The position numbers and the translations under genes were made by a program. DNA of 64,000 bases, taken from positions 2,752,001 through 2,816,000 of the forward strand of contig CBDEGZ010000003.1 in NCBI GenBank assembly GCA_965238175.1. The letters run 5' to 3'. Shown one piece after another: positions 30,617 through 39,303 of the stretch. Origin of the DNA: Gammaproteobacteria bacterium. Lineage in GTDB: Bacteria > Pseudomonadota > Gammaproteobacteria > CAJXQU01. Within the stretch, counting starts at the first letter, position 1; every line of letters begins with the position of its first letter. A model generated the notes under the pieces. It was not told the DNA's origin and ran no database searches. It saw nothing but the letters and a program-made list of their open reading frames with translations.

Positions 30617-30690
30617 ATGATCTGAATTCGAGGTGGAAAGTTGTCCTACTCAGATGTTAATAAATAAACCTTTCAAAGGCTTCGTTCCAG

Positions 30691-30771
30691 AGATTCTTCT
30701 TCCTGCGTCATCAGAATGACAGCGTATTATATAAAAAAACATCTGTCATCCTGAGCTTTCGCGAAGGATCT
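30691..30771. repeat. Inverted pair of REP-like units
   Basis: AGATTCTTC...TCAGAATGACAG followed by CTGTCATCCTGAG...GAAGGATCT; forms a hairpin between convergent genes. Confidence 0.65.
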
Positions 30772-30880
30772 TAATGTCGAAGCCTCATGTCTAGAAGCTA
30801 ACCATTAAACTAATAAAATAAACTGGTTTTTCTTATCTCAATTTCAGATTAAGTAATCAAACACTGTTTTTAAAACTCAT

Positions 30881-31429
30881 TTATATAAGTTTTTTATACC
30901 TAACCCAATCAAAACTTTCCCCAGGATCTGTTTTTCGATCTGGCGCGATATCACAATGACCAACAATTCTATCTTGATCAATTTCCGGCCATTGTTGCTG
31001 AATCAACCGGGTTAACTCAACAAGACTTACATATTGTGCATTTTCATATGCCTCATCGTCACAACCTTCCAATTCAATTCCCATTGAAAAATCATTACAA
31101 CACTCACACCCTTTAAATTCAGAAACACCCGCATGCCAAGCACGTTTTGTCAGTGGCACAAACTGCGTAATTTCACCTGATCGGTTGATCAATAAATGCG
31201 ATGACACTTTGAGCTCATATATTTCTTTAAAATAGGCATGCTCTTCAGGATCGAGTTTATTGGTAAAAAGCTGATCAATATAATTATTATTATATTGTCC
31301 AGGCGGTAAGCTAATATTGTGAATTACCAGCAGATCAATTTTGGATCCCTCAGGACGATCATCATAATTCGGTGATGGACAATGACGAATACCACTGATC
31401 CATCCATTATTTTTATTCAATTTCAACAT
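30881..31429 (-). CDS. ampD: 1,6-anhydro-N-acetylmuramyl-L-alanine amidase
   Basis: SPNYDDRP, VIHNISLPPG, RAWHAGVS, GIELEG, GHCDIAPDRKTDPG. Confidence 0.96.
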   Translation of the reverse strand: MLKLNKNNGWISGIRHCPSPNYDDRPEGSKIDLLVIHNISLPPGQYNNNYIDQLFTNKLDPEEHAYFKEIYELKVSSHLLINRSGEITQFVPLTKRAWHAGVSEFKGCECCNDFSMGIELEGCDDEAYENAQYVSLVELTRLIQQQWPEIDQDRIVGHCDIAPDRKTDPGESFDWVRYKKLI

Positions 31430-31475
31430 TGCGACAGACTACCACCAGTCAACAAATTACGGCAAACTATTAAAC

Positions 31476-32018
31476 ATGAACGATAATAACGAAAAAAATA
31501 CTGATCAAGAAAACAGTATAGGGAAAATAATGTTGATCCTGGCACTCCTTCTCGTGCTTGCCATGCTCACTTTCTTTTTCAAAGATGTTTTAGACAAACA
31601 ACGTAACCCCAATCAACAGATCAATAATATACTTAATAGTGAAGGCATTCCCGAAGTCGTGTTACAACAAAATCGACAAGGACACTATTTCGCGACAGGT
31701 TCGATCAATAATCAAACCGTTGATTTCTTATTAGATACCGGTGCGACCGACGTCGCAATCCCGGCAGAAATTGCCAAGAAACTCAAACTAAAACCCGGGC
31801 CAGAAGTCCGTATGACTACAGCAAACGGTGTTATTACGGCACAAATGACACGCTTAGATAACGTTGAGCTCGGTGGTATCTCCTTAAAAAATATTCGCGC
31901 AACCATCAACCCTTTTATGCATAAAGATGACGAAATACTGCTCGGCATGAGTTTTTTAAAACATCTTGAAATGACACAACGTGGCAAAACCCTGATCTTG
32001 AAACCTTACTACGAATAA
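31476..32018 (+). CDS. Membrane-anchored retropepsin-like aspartic protease
   Basis: GHYFATGSIN, FLLDTGAT, TANG, ILLGMSFL. Confidence 0.92.
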   Translation: MNDNNEKNTDQENSIGKIMLILALLLVLAMLTFFFKDVLDKQRNPNQQINNILNSEGIPEVVLQQNRQGHYFATGSINNQTVDFLLDTGATDVAIPAEIAKKLKLKPGPEVRMTTANGVITAQMTRLDNVELGGISLKNIRATINPFMHKDDEILLGMSFLKHLEMTQRGKTLILKPYYE

Positions 32019-32041
32019 CTAAAAACAGTCTGAGACCCAAT

Positions 32042-33397
32042 ATGCTTGAATATTTAACAGAAACCAGCGGCGCACTTTCAGGATTACTTTGGAACAATAT
32101 TTTCACCCTTAGCGCACTACTCGGTATAGGGGCCTACTTGACGATCAAATTAGGCTTTATCCAATTTCGAGGCTTCAAACATTCGGTTGAATTGATCCAA
32201 GGCAAGCACAGCAAAGCCGAACATATAGGTGAAGTCTCACACTTTCAGGCGCTCTCAACCGCACTCTCCGCAACCGTCGGAACTGGGAATATTGCCGGTG
32301 TCGCTACTGCAATTATTCTCGGCGGACCCGGCGCATTATTCTGGATGTGGGTTACGGCTATTTTTGGTATGGCAACAAAATTTACCGAAAGCACACTTGC
32401 GATCAAATTTCGAGAAGTCACTCCCAATGGTGAAATTGCCGGCGGCCCCATGTACACCTTATTAAATGGTTTGAACATGCGCCCCCTCGCAATTATGTTT
32501 GCTGTATTTGCAATGGTAGCCTCTTTTGGGATCGGCAATATGGTGCAAGCAAATTCAGTCATTGATGGACTGGCTTTTATCTACCCAGAACTAAAAGAAT
32601 ATCGCTGGTGGTTAGGCTTGGGAATGGCGATTCTGGTCGGCTTAGTCATCATCGGCGGAATAAAAAGAATCGCAAAAGTAGCAAGTATACTCGTCCCCTT
32701 TATGGCTGTGATTTATGTAGGCGCAGCACTGCTTGTATTGATCAAAAACTACACCGCAATTCCACAAGCCTTTGGTTTGATCTTTAATAACGCGCTGAAT
32801 ATTTGGGCCGTCGGTGGCGCAGCAGTCGGTGAAGCAATTCGCTGGGGTGTTGCACGCGGTTTATTTTCAAACGAAGCGGGTTTAGGCTCCTCCCCCATGG
32901 CACACGCAGCTGCAAAAACAAATGAGCCAGTGCGCGAAGGCCTAGTTGCAATGTTAGAACCTTTTATAGATACATTGATCATATGCACATTGACTGGCCT
33001 GGTTATTTTGGTTTCCGGCGCATACGGAACGCAACCAGAGGAATTAACCGGCGCAGCATTTACCGCCTATGCGTTTGAACAATCACTCGGCGGATTTGGA
33101 TCAAAACTGGTTGGCTTTGGCTTAATGTTATTCGCCTTCTCGACCATGATAGCCTGGTCATATTATGGTGATCGATCAGTTAAGTTCCTGTTCGGTGACA
33201 GCGCAGTTCTCCCCTACCGAATTGTCTATGCCATTCTCGTTATGGTCGGGGCCGCCGTTCCGTTACAACTGGTATGGAACCTCGCGGATATCACCAATAT
33301 TTTAATGGCTGTTCCGAATCTACTTGGACTTGTTTTATTGGCTGCGGTGGTTAAGAAATTGAAAGGGGAATACTTTTCGGACTCAGCTGGGAAATAA
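32042..33397 (+). CDS. Alanine/glycine:cation symporter (AGCS family)
   Basis: ATVGTGNIAGVATAI, GGPGALFWMW, RGLFSNEAGLGS, FIDTLIICT. Confidence 0.96.
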   Translation: MLEYLTETSGALSGLLWNNIFTLSALLGIGAYLTIKLGFIQFRGFKHSVELIQGKHSKAEHIGEVSHFQALSTALSATVGTGNIAGVATAIILGGPGALFWMWVTAIFGMATKFTESTLAIKFREVTPNGEIAGGPMYTLLNGLNMRPLAIMFAVFAMVASFGIGNMVQANSVIDGLAFIYPELKEYRWWLGLGMAILVGLVIIGGIKRIAKVASILVPFMAVIYVGAALLVLIKNYTAIPQAFGLIFNNALNIWAVGGAAVGEAIRWGVARGLFSNEAGLGSSPMAHAAAKTNEPVREGLVAMLEPFIDTLIICTLTGLVILVSGAYGTQPEELTGAAFTAYAFEQSLGGFGSKLVGFGLMLFAFSTMIAWSYYGDRSVKFLFGDSAVLPYRIVYAILVMVGAAVPLQLVWNLADITNILMAVPNLLGLVLLAAVVKKLKGEYFSDSAGK

Positions 33398-33504
33398 TCA
33401 TTAAACAAATTCATTAAGGGTTAGATTCTAGCCTATTTCAAATAAATCCCCCTATTTGTGTTTTTTCTCACAACGACATAATTCGTATTCATGTTTAAAT
33501 AAAA
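33074..33504 (+). repeat. Direct repeat copy 1 (431 bp: symporter 3' end plus 107 bp downstream)
   Basis: Matches 36353-36783 at offset 3279, with 11 substitutions by manual alignment. Confidence 0.97.
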
Positions 33505-33531
33505 TCAACTTGCAAGGTAGGTTCCTTCAAT

Positions 33532-34082
33532 ATGACTACTCGGGAAACATTACTCGCTAAGATAAAGACTCTTACTGAGCGTTATGGAACTGGGGACATA
33601 AAATACATGATGCTAACGAAGCAACAACGAGAGTAGTTTTAATTGATGAAATTCTAGATGCTTTAGGTTGGGATAAATCCCAACTTAACCCTGAAGTAAG
33701 AACGAACAGAGGGCAGTATTTGGATTATCAGTTGACAACTAACGAGATTCCTCACCTTATCGTGGAAGCAAAAAAAATTGGTCATACTTTCACTGCAACT
33801 AAAAAGCTGAGAAAAACAGAATATACCTTATCCTATGTTCAATCAGCCTTCGGACAGGCATTCGCAGAAGTTCTAGAACAGGCAAAGTCATATACAGAAG
33901 ATACACAAATTCCATATGCGGTGATTACGAATGGTGTTGAGTGGTTTTTGTTGAATCTTTTAAAGCCACCAGGTAAAACGATATCAGAATTGAAATGTTT
34001 TTATTTCGGTAATTTGTTGAGCGACGATAGTGGTATAGATTTATTCTGGAATTTATTGTCAGAACAATCAGTTTCACAAGGG
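33532..34082 (+). pseudogene. Frameshifted, 3'-truncated PD-(D/E)xK restriction-endonuclease-like gene (HsdR N-terminal-like)
   Basis: ATG 33532 (MTTRETLLAKIKTLTERY), then a frameshift near 33580-33600 into KIHDANEATTRVVLIDEILDALGWD...LDYQL...IVEAKK...QAKSY...ITNGVEW. Appears to end at the REP-like motif. Confidence 0.78.
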
Positions 34083-34114
34083 GGCGCAGGGTCAGGCCTT
34101 ACAATTGACATTTT
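34083..34114 (+). repeat. REP-like motif GGCGCAGGGTCAGGCCTTACAATTGACATTTT
   Basis: Shares GGCGYAGGGTCAGG...AATTGA with 38120-38142; lies at the junction of the nuclease remnant and the YfhO-like gene. Confidence 0.6.
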
Positions 34115-34167
34115 CCAGCCTCCTATTTATTCTAATCAGATGCGAATACTTTATGGACTGAATACAC

Positions 34168-36321
34168 ATGTCTAAACCTATATGGCTTTCTACTCCAAAA
34201 GAACAGGATAGATTGTCGCTTTTGTTTCTTATTTTAGGCATTCCTCTTTTCTTTCCTCAAATTTTTTTAGGGAAAGCTCCAGGCCCCTTTGCAGCAGGTG
34301 TTGGTGATAGCTACACATTTTTTGAACCTTACGCACGAATTTTTTTTCAAGCAATTAGTAATGGTACAAATCCTTTCTGGAGTCATGAATCTTCCTTTGG
34401 TGCTCCAACCCTGCTAACCCTTGGTACGGGTGCATTACACCCATTTCATATTTTCCACTTATTTATGTCAGATTGGCTTGCATTCGTAATTGGCTGGTGG
34501 GCACGTATCGCAATATTTAGTGCCTTTTTCTATGCTTACCTGAGAAACAGGCTTGTACGTCCATGGGTGGCGATATCATTTACTTTATCCTTAAGTTTCG
34601 GCAGCTTTTTTGTCAATTACTCACTTGAGATTATTGGTTATGTGATGGCATTTTTCCCAATGGTGCTTTACTACACAGATAAGCTCTGCGAAGAAAGCAA
34701 AGCTACTGACTTCGTTTTCTTAGTGTTAGCTATAGCAAGTATGATTTTGGGAGGGTTTCCATCGGTTATCTTATATCTACTATTGACTCTAGGTGCATAT
34801 CTTTTAGTCATGTCAAAAAACTGGAGACAATTCGTAATTATATTTTCTGCGTGTTTCACCGGTATTTTAATTGTGTTGCCAGCTATTGTTGAAACTTTAA
34901 GTTTTTACCCTAGCACAGGGTATGACCCCGAACAGCGAAAACTACTGTTTTTTTACGATCCTCCCTCAATAACAGCTTTAAACTTACTAATCCCGTCAGT
35001 TTTTGGTAATATCCACGAGTATTCGATGGCTGGCATGCGTGACTACTTCGGCAGTTTGCTTGGTGCTGGAATTCTGACCTTACCGTTAGCTACAATATTC
35101 GGTCTTTACTCGATCATCGTGAAAAAATATCTCAACAGAGAAATAACTTTTTGGCTGGTTGTTTTAATTTTTTGCTTGGTAGCATACTTTAATATTTTTG
35201 AAGTGAAGCAACTCCTTAAATATGTACCCATATTAAACGAACATCCTTTTACACGGTTACAAACATTGATCACATTAGCATCAGTATCGTGCTCTGCCTT
35301 GTTACTGGAACATTTGTTACGGTTACGAATTAATCCCCGCCATTGGTACACGCTTTTAGGTTTGCTGGTACTGACTCTCTTCTGTACCTATGGCTATACA
35401 GTAATAACAGTAAAAGCTGAACAAACATTGATCAATTGTATTGTTTATGGAGCGATCGCTGCTCTTAGTGTTATAACATTAGCCTTAGCAATTCTACGAC
35501 CAAGCAAACATTCGAGCCTGGCATTTATTGGCTGTAATATAATCCTCGGAATAGCTACGTCAGTTAGTTACACCTACTATTTTTCTCCTAAAGATTATTA
35601 TCCCGAGAATGAGTTAATTACATACGTTAAAGAGCACCTGGTACCGGGCGCACGAATTCTCGATGTTAAAAATGCATTATATAAAAACACAGCTATTGCT
35701 TATAGTGTTCCATCTATAACTAACCATTGGTTTGTTCAACCGTCTTTACGGAATTTGGTTTACCAAGTAAGTACACACGCACCCAGCCAAGGATTAACTC
35801 ATGATGTTATCAACTCAATTGATGATAAAAAGGCATGGCCTGTCTTAAGGCAGATGCATGTACAGTTTGTATCATTACCCTATACCGAAAATCAGAAATG
35901 GATTGATTCTCATAACAACAATTCAGATTGGAAAGTGATCTCACAAAACATAAAAGGTATATCACTTTTAGAAGTGCTATATAACGACAAACCTATAGAA
36001 AACAAACTAGGTATTTCAGGTAAAGGTTATTCAGAATATATAGAACAAGCTGGCAGGATCAGCTTTAAACCAACTGAAGAGGAAGAGATTACAATCCCAG
36101 TAAGGTTTCACGATGGATGGCATATTTCAAAAGGAGCTACCGCCATAAAAACAAGTAGTGACGCACTGATAACTATATTACCCAAAAGCAATATTGAACG
36201 AGTTGAGCTTGAATATTTTCCTCGTCACTTTTACTTTCTATTAATCATAGGCCCGATTATTTTATTGTTGTTTTTTCTATCTTTAAAATACTCAGAAAAT
36301 AACAGGCAATATAATAAGTAA
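34168..36321 (+). CDS. YfhO-like polytopic membrane protein (putative GT-C glycosyltransferase)
   Basis: GDSYTFFEP...NPFWSHESSFGAP...LHPF N-terminal loop, many TM helices, soluble C-terminal domain with HDGW, and a final TM helix. Confidence 0.7.
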   Translation: MSKPIWLSTPKEQDRLSLLFLILGIPLFFPQIFLGKAPGPFAAGVGDSYTFFEPYARIFFQAISNGTNPFWSHESSFGAPTLLTLGTGALHPFHIFHLFMSDWLAFVIGWWARIAIFSAFFYAYLRNRLVRPWVAISFTLSLSFGSFFVNYSLEIIGYVMAFFPMVLYYTDKLCEESKATDFVFLVLAIASMILGGFPSVILYLLLTLGAYLLVMSKNWRQFVIIFSACFTGILIVLPAIVETLSFYPSTGYDPEQRKLLFFYDPPSITALNLLIPSVFGNIHEYSMAGMRDYFGSLLGAGILTLPLATIFGLYSIIVKKYLNREITFWLVVLIFCLVAYFNIFEVKQLLKYVPILNEHPFTRLQTLITLASVSCSALLLEHLLRLRINPRHWYTLLGLLVLTLFCTYGYTVITVKAEQTLINCIVYGAIAALSVITLALAILRPSKHSSLAFIGCNIILGIATSVSYTYYFSPKDYYPENELITYVKEHLVPGARILDVKNALYKNTAIAYSVPSITNHWFVQPSLRNLVYQVSTHAPSQGLTHDVINSIDDKKAWPVLRQMHVQFVSLPYTENQKWIDSHNNNSDWKVISQNIKGISLLEVLYNDKPIENKLGISGKGYSEYIEQAGRISFKPTEEEEITIPVRFHDGWHISKGATAIKTSSDALITILPKSNIERVELEYFPRHFYFLLIIGPIILLLFFLSLKYSENNRQYNK

Positions 36322-36352
36322 GCTAACTAGGCCATCCTTGCGTACTTTCGTA

Positions 36353-36783
36353 TTTGAACAATCACTCGGCGGATTTGGATCAAAACTGGTTGGCTTTGGC
36401 TTAATGTTATTCGCCTTCTCGACCATGATAGCCTGGTCATATTATGGTGTTCGATCAGTTAAGTTCCTGTTCGGTGACAGTGCTGTTCTCCCCTACCGAA
36501 TTGTGTATGCCATCCTCGTCATGGTCGGCGCAGCCGTTCCGTTACAACTGGTATGGAACCTCGCGGATATCACCAATATTCTAATGGTTGTTCCGAATCT
36601 ACTTGGACTTGTTTTATTGGCTGGGGTGGTTAAGAAATTGAAAGGGGAATACTTTTCGGACTCAGCTGGGAAATAATCATTAAACAAATTCATTAAGGGT
36701 TAGATTCTAGCCTATTTCAAATAAATCCCCCTATTTGTGTTTTTTCTCACAACGACATAATTCGTATTCATGTTTAAATAAAA
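36353..36783 (+). repeat. Direct repeat copy 2, containing a 5'-truncated symporter fragment ending at 36676
   Basis: FEQSLGGFGSK...EYFSDSAGK* duplicated with D>V, A>V and A>G changes; no upstream part of the gene. Confidence 0.97.
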
Positions 36784-36859
36784 ATAACACTATAAAAATA
36801 CCATTTTCTTTTTACTAAGAAAAAATAACATGACTAAAAATTATGAGAGAGGATCTAGA

Positions 36860-38101
36860 ATGAACAAAAGAAACTTGCTAAAAAAGACATTACTTCTATG
36901 CACAATTTTTTTATTGAAAATTGGAACCATATCGGCTTGCATCGTGAACTTAGATCCCAGCTATGATACTGCTCAAATACAAGCAGTCTTTAGCACGACA
37001 TGTCCAAACCCATCGGAGCATCGCACAATTGATGGTGGTAATAATACATTTTCCGTCTATGGCACCCTTGAGTTACGTGGTGATATTGATATCACGCTTA
37101 AAAATGCAAGGTTCAATCAAACCAAAACAGGCGATCCTGATGTTAGAACCCTTTTTAAAAGAGGAGGTGTTCTTAATCTTCATAACATCATCGTAGATAG
37201 AGGAAATGATGAACGTAATGGCAGCATCTCAAATAGTGCAGGTATATGGTTAGAAATCCACGATTCAACTCTTGATAGCGTTGAAGTTACAGGTGATGGC
37301 TATGGCACAGGTTTATCTATCATTGATTCTTACAATGTAACTATGACTAATATAAACGTACATGATATGAGATGGTCTACTCCTTCAACTCCCAATACAG
37401 AACAAATTTTTGGGATTCTTATCTTGAGATCAGACGACATTACTCTTCAATACTCAAGGGTCGATAGGTTACGTGGAGAATATGGAAGTGGTACTTATAA
37501 TGGGTACCAGTCGGATGGCATTGCTGCGGGTGGCACGAATAGGCTCTTTATTCTTAGTACATCAGTTGCTGAAACAGGAGAAGGCATTGATATTACAGGA
37601 TCTGATGGCAATGATGATTTTGAAATTGCTCACTCTGCGGTAATTGACCTTCATAGTTTCGGCTTTAAATTTGCTAATACAGCTACAAATGGAATAATTC
37701 GAGATTCAATCGCTATTAGAGCAGGCTGGGCTGGCTTTGTATTTAGTGGGAAAAATGGAGGTAGCCTCCAAGAAACAATAGATATGCCAGGTCCTTCAAC
37801 TGAAAACATATTGGTAGATAATTGTGAAGCATGGAATACAGGTCATAATACCAATTGGCCAACACAAGAAATCTCTGGCTTTCTTGTTTTACATGGTCTT
37901 CTAACTGGTGATCCTGACGATGATGATTATCCTGCAAACATACATATTAAAAACTCGAAAGCACTTAATGATGCAGAACATTATGGAACAATGGAGTTTG
38001 GTTTCTATAATGAACCCAATCACTATAATACTACTTACAACACAGATTCAGTTGGCCATTCAATTGAAGGAAATCGTTATTTTCATGTAGGAACGCCTTA
38101 A
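36860..38101 (+). CDS. Secreted right-handed beta-helix (pectin-lyase-like) protein
   Basis: Signal peptide ending TISA-C; repeating beta-helix-like coils (SDGIAAGG, GEGIDITG, GFKFAN, AGFVFSG); SD GAGAGGA before ATG 36860. Confidence 0.7.
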   Translation: MNKRNLLKKTLLLCTIFLLKIGTISACIVNLDPSYDTAQIQAVFSTTCPNPSEHRTIDGGNNTFSVYGTLELRGDIDITLKNARFNQTKTGDPDVRTLFKRGGVLNLHNIIVDRGNDERNGSISNSAGIWLEIHDSTLDSVEVTGDGYGTGLSIIDSYNVTMTNINVHDMRWSTPSTPNTEQIFGILILRSDDITLQYSRVDRLRGEYGSGTYNGYQSDGIAAGGTNRLFILSTSVAETGEGIDITGSDGNDDFEIAHSAVIDLHSFGFKFANTATNGIIRDSIAIRAGWAGFVFSGKNGGSLQETIDMPGPSTENILVDNCEAWNTGHNTNWPTQEISGFLVLHGLLTGDPDDDDYPANIHIKNSKALNDAEHYGTMEFGFYNEPNHYNTTYNTDSVGHSIEGNRYFHVGTP

Positions 38102-38107
38102 TAAAAA

Positions 38108-38170
38108 AATCAATAGGAAGGCGTAGGGTCAGGTTAAATTGATAATCAATTCACACTGCCCCTATTGATT
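38108..38170. repeat. REP-like palindrome between convergent cargo genes
   Basis: AATCAATAGG...GGGTCAG-GTTAAATTGAT-A-ATCAATTCACA-CTGCCCC-TATTGATT nested inverted repeats. Confidence 0.7.
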
Positions 38171-38191
38171 TACGGAAGGTTTTTACCTTAT

Positions 38192-38758
38192 CTATTGCTT
38201 TATTGTTAAAGTAAATTCACCTACTTTTTTATCAAAACTATCATACACTGTGACGAGTACATTTTTATCATTCGCTTTTGTTAGCATTTCTTTTACATCG
38301 TATTTAGTATTTAACACAACCTCCGCACAAGAATCCTGCTCTAACGCAACAACAGAATATGCTGAATCTATCCATATCAAAAAAATATTTGACCATGCAC
38401 CATTGTGAAACCTATGCCAGACACTTCCTCCTCTATCCTGCAGCGGTTTATATTCTTTTTTATCGATGTAAAACGTGAATTTTTCATGAGGTATATGAAA
38501 ACGAATTGGCTTGCCACGATAACAATGCAATCCAACCACATATAGATTACGCTTTGGAGAATAAATTATTTTTTCTTTGAAAGTATAACTAAAACCCTGC
38601 TTAGCATTTTTATCGACAGGGACAGTCCAGGCACGATCAACATTTTTTACTGAAGACGACTTTTCTTGATGAGTATATTTTGCAGCTTGGGATGAAAAAG
38701 ATACGAAGGTTATATATAACAAAGAGAATAACACTGCTGATATTTTGCTTTTCTTCAT
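38192..38758 (-). CDS. Hypothetical secreted protein
   Basis: 188-aa ORF with Sec signal (MKKSKISAVLFSLL...SSQA); AT-rich; no family recognised. Confidence 0.65.
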   Translation of the reverse strand: MKKSKISAVLFSLLYITFVSFSSQAAKYTHQEKSSSVKNVDRAWTVPVDKNAKQGFSYTFKEKIIYSPKRNLYVVGLHCYRGKPIRFHIPHEKFTFYIDKKEYKPLQDRGGSVWHRFHNGAWSNIFLIWIDSAYSVVALEQDSCAEVVLNTKYDVKEMLTKANDKNVLVTVYDSFDKKVGEFTLTIKQ

Positions 38759-38805
38759 AACTGTCTTTTATCTGACTTGGGCTGACAAAGAAATGTTAGC
38801 CTAAC

Positions 38806-39234
38806 ATACGTTATTTTAATACTGTACGAAAACGAACGGGTTCTCGCTGGGAAGGACGCTATAAATCCTGTTTAATCGACAATGTCAACTACCTGTTCAC
38901 ACTCTATAAATACATAGAAATGAATCCGATAAAAGCTAATATTGTGACAGAATTAGAAGATTACCCTTGGTCAAGTTATCACCATAATGCATTAGGTAAG
39001 GAGGACAAACTCATTATAGCCCATACACTCTATAAGAATTTGGCAAAGACAGCGGAACAACAAACAACAGCATACAAGGCTTTGTTTGAAAGTTTAAATC
39101 TATCGACGCAAAATACCGACATTACCCAAGCAACTCAAAAAGGCGAGGTTGGTTTTCATACTAAAATGGCAGCAATATTATCAAGACCGACAAAATTAAC
39201 ATCGCACGGTGGAGATAGGAAAAGTGAAGTGTAG
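38806..39234 (+). pseudogene. 5'-truncated REP-associated tyrosine transposase (RAYT, Y1 HUH) remnant
   Basis: The frame upstream of track ATG 38920 reads IRYFNTVRKRTGSRWEGRYKSCLID...YKYIEMNPIKANIV..LEDYPWSSY...HGGDRKS. The N-terminal HUH half is missing. Confidence 0.85.
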
Positions 39235-39303
39235 CAACAAAATCAAGCTGGTCCCTTTATATATTGATCCCCATTATTTAACTACAGAAGAAAACAAAAT
39301 TTA

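Noticed and set aside
36338-36676. 112-aa ORF as an independent transporter gene
   Set aside because: It is the duplicated C-terminal fragment of the symporter with a chance TTG start.
33074-39300. Prophage, ICE or classical integron
   Set aside because: No tyrosine or serine recombinase, no phage or conjugation genes, no tRNA target, and no convincing attC (RYYYAAC...GTTRRRY) sites.
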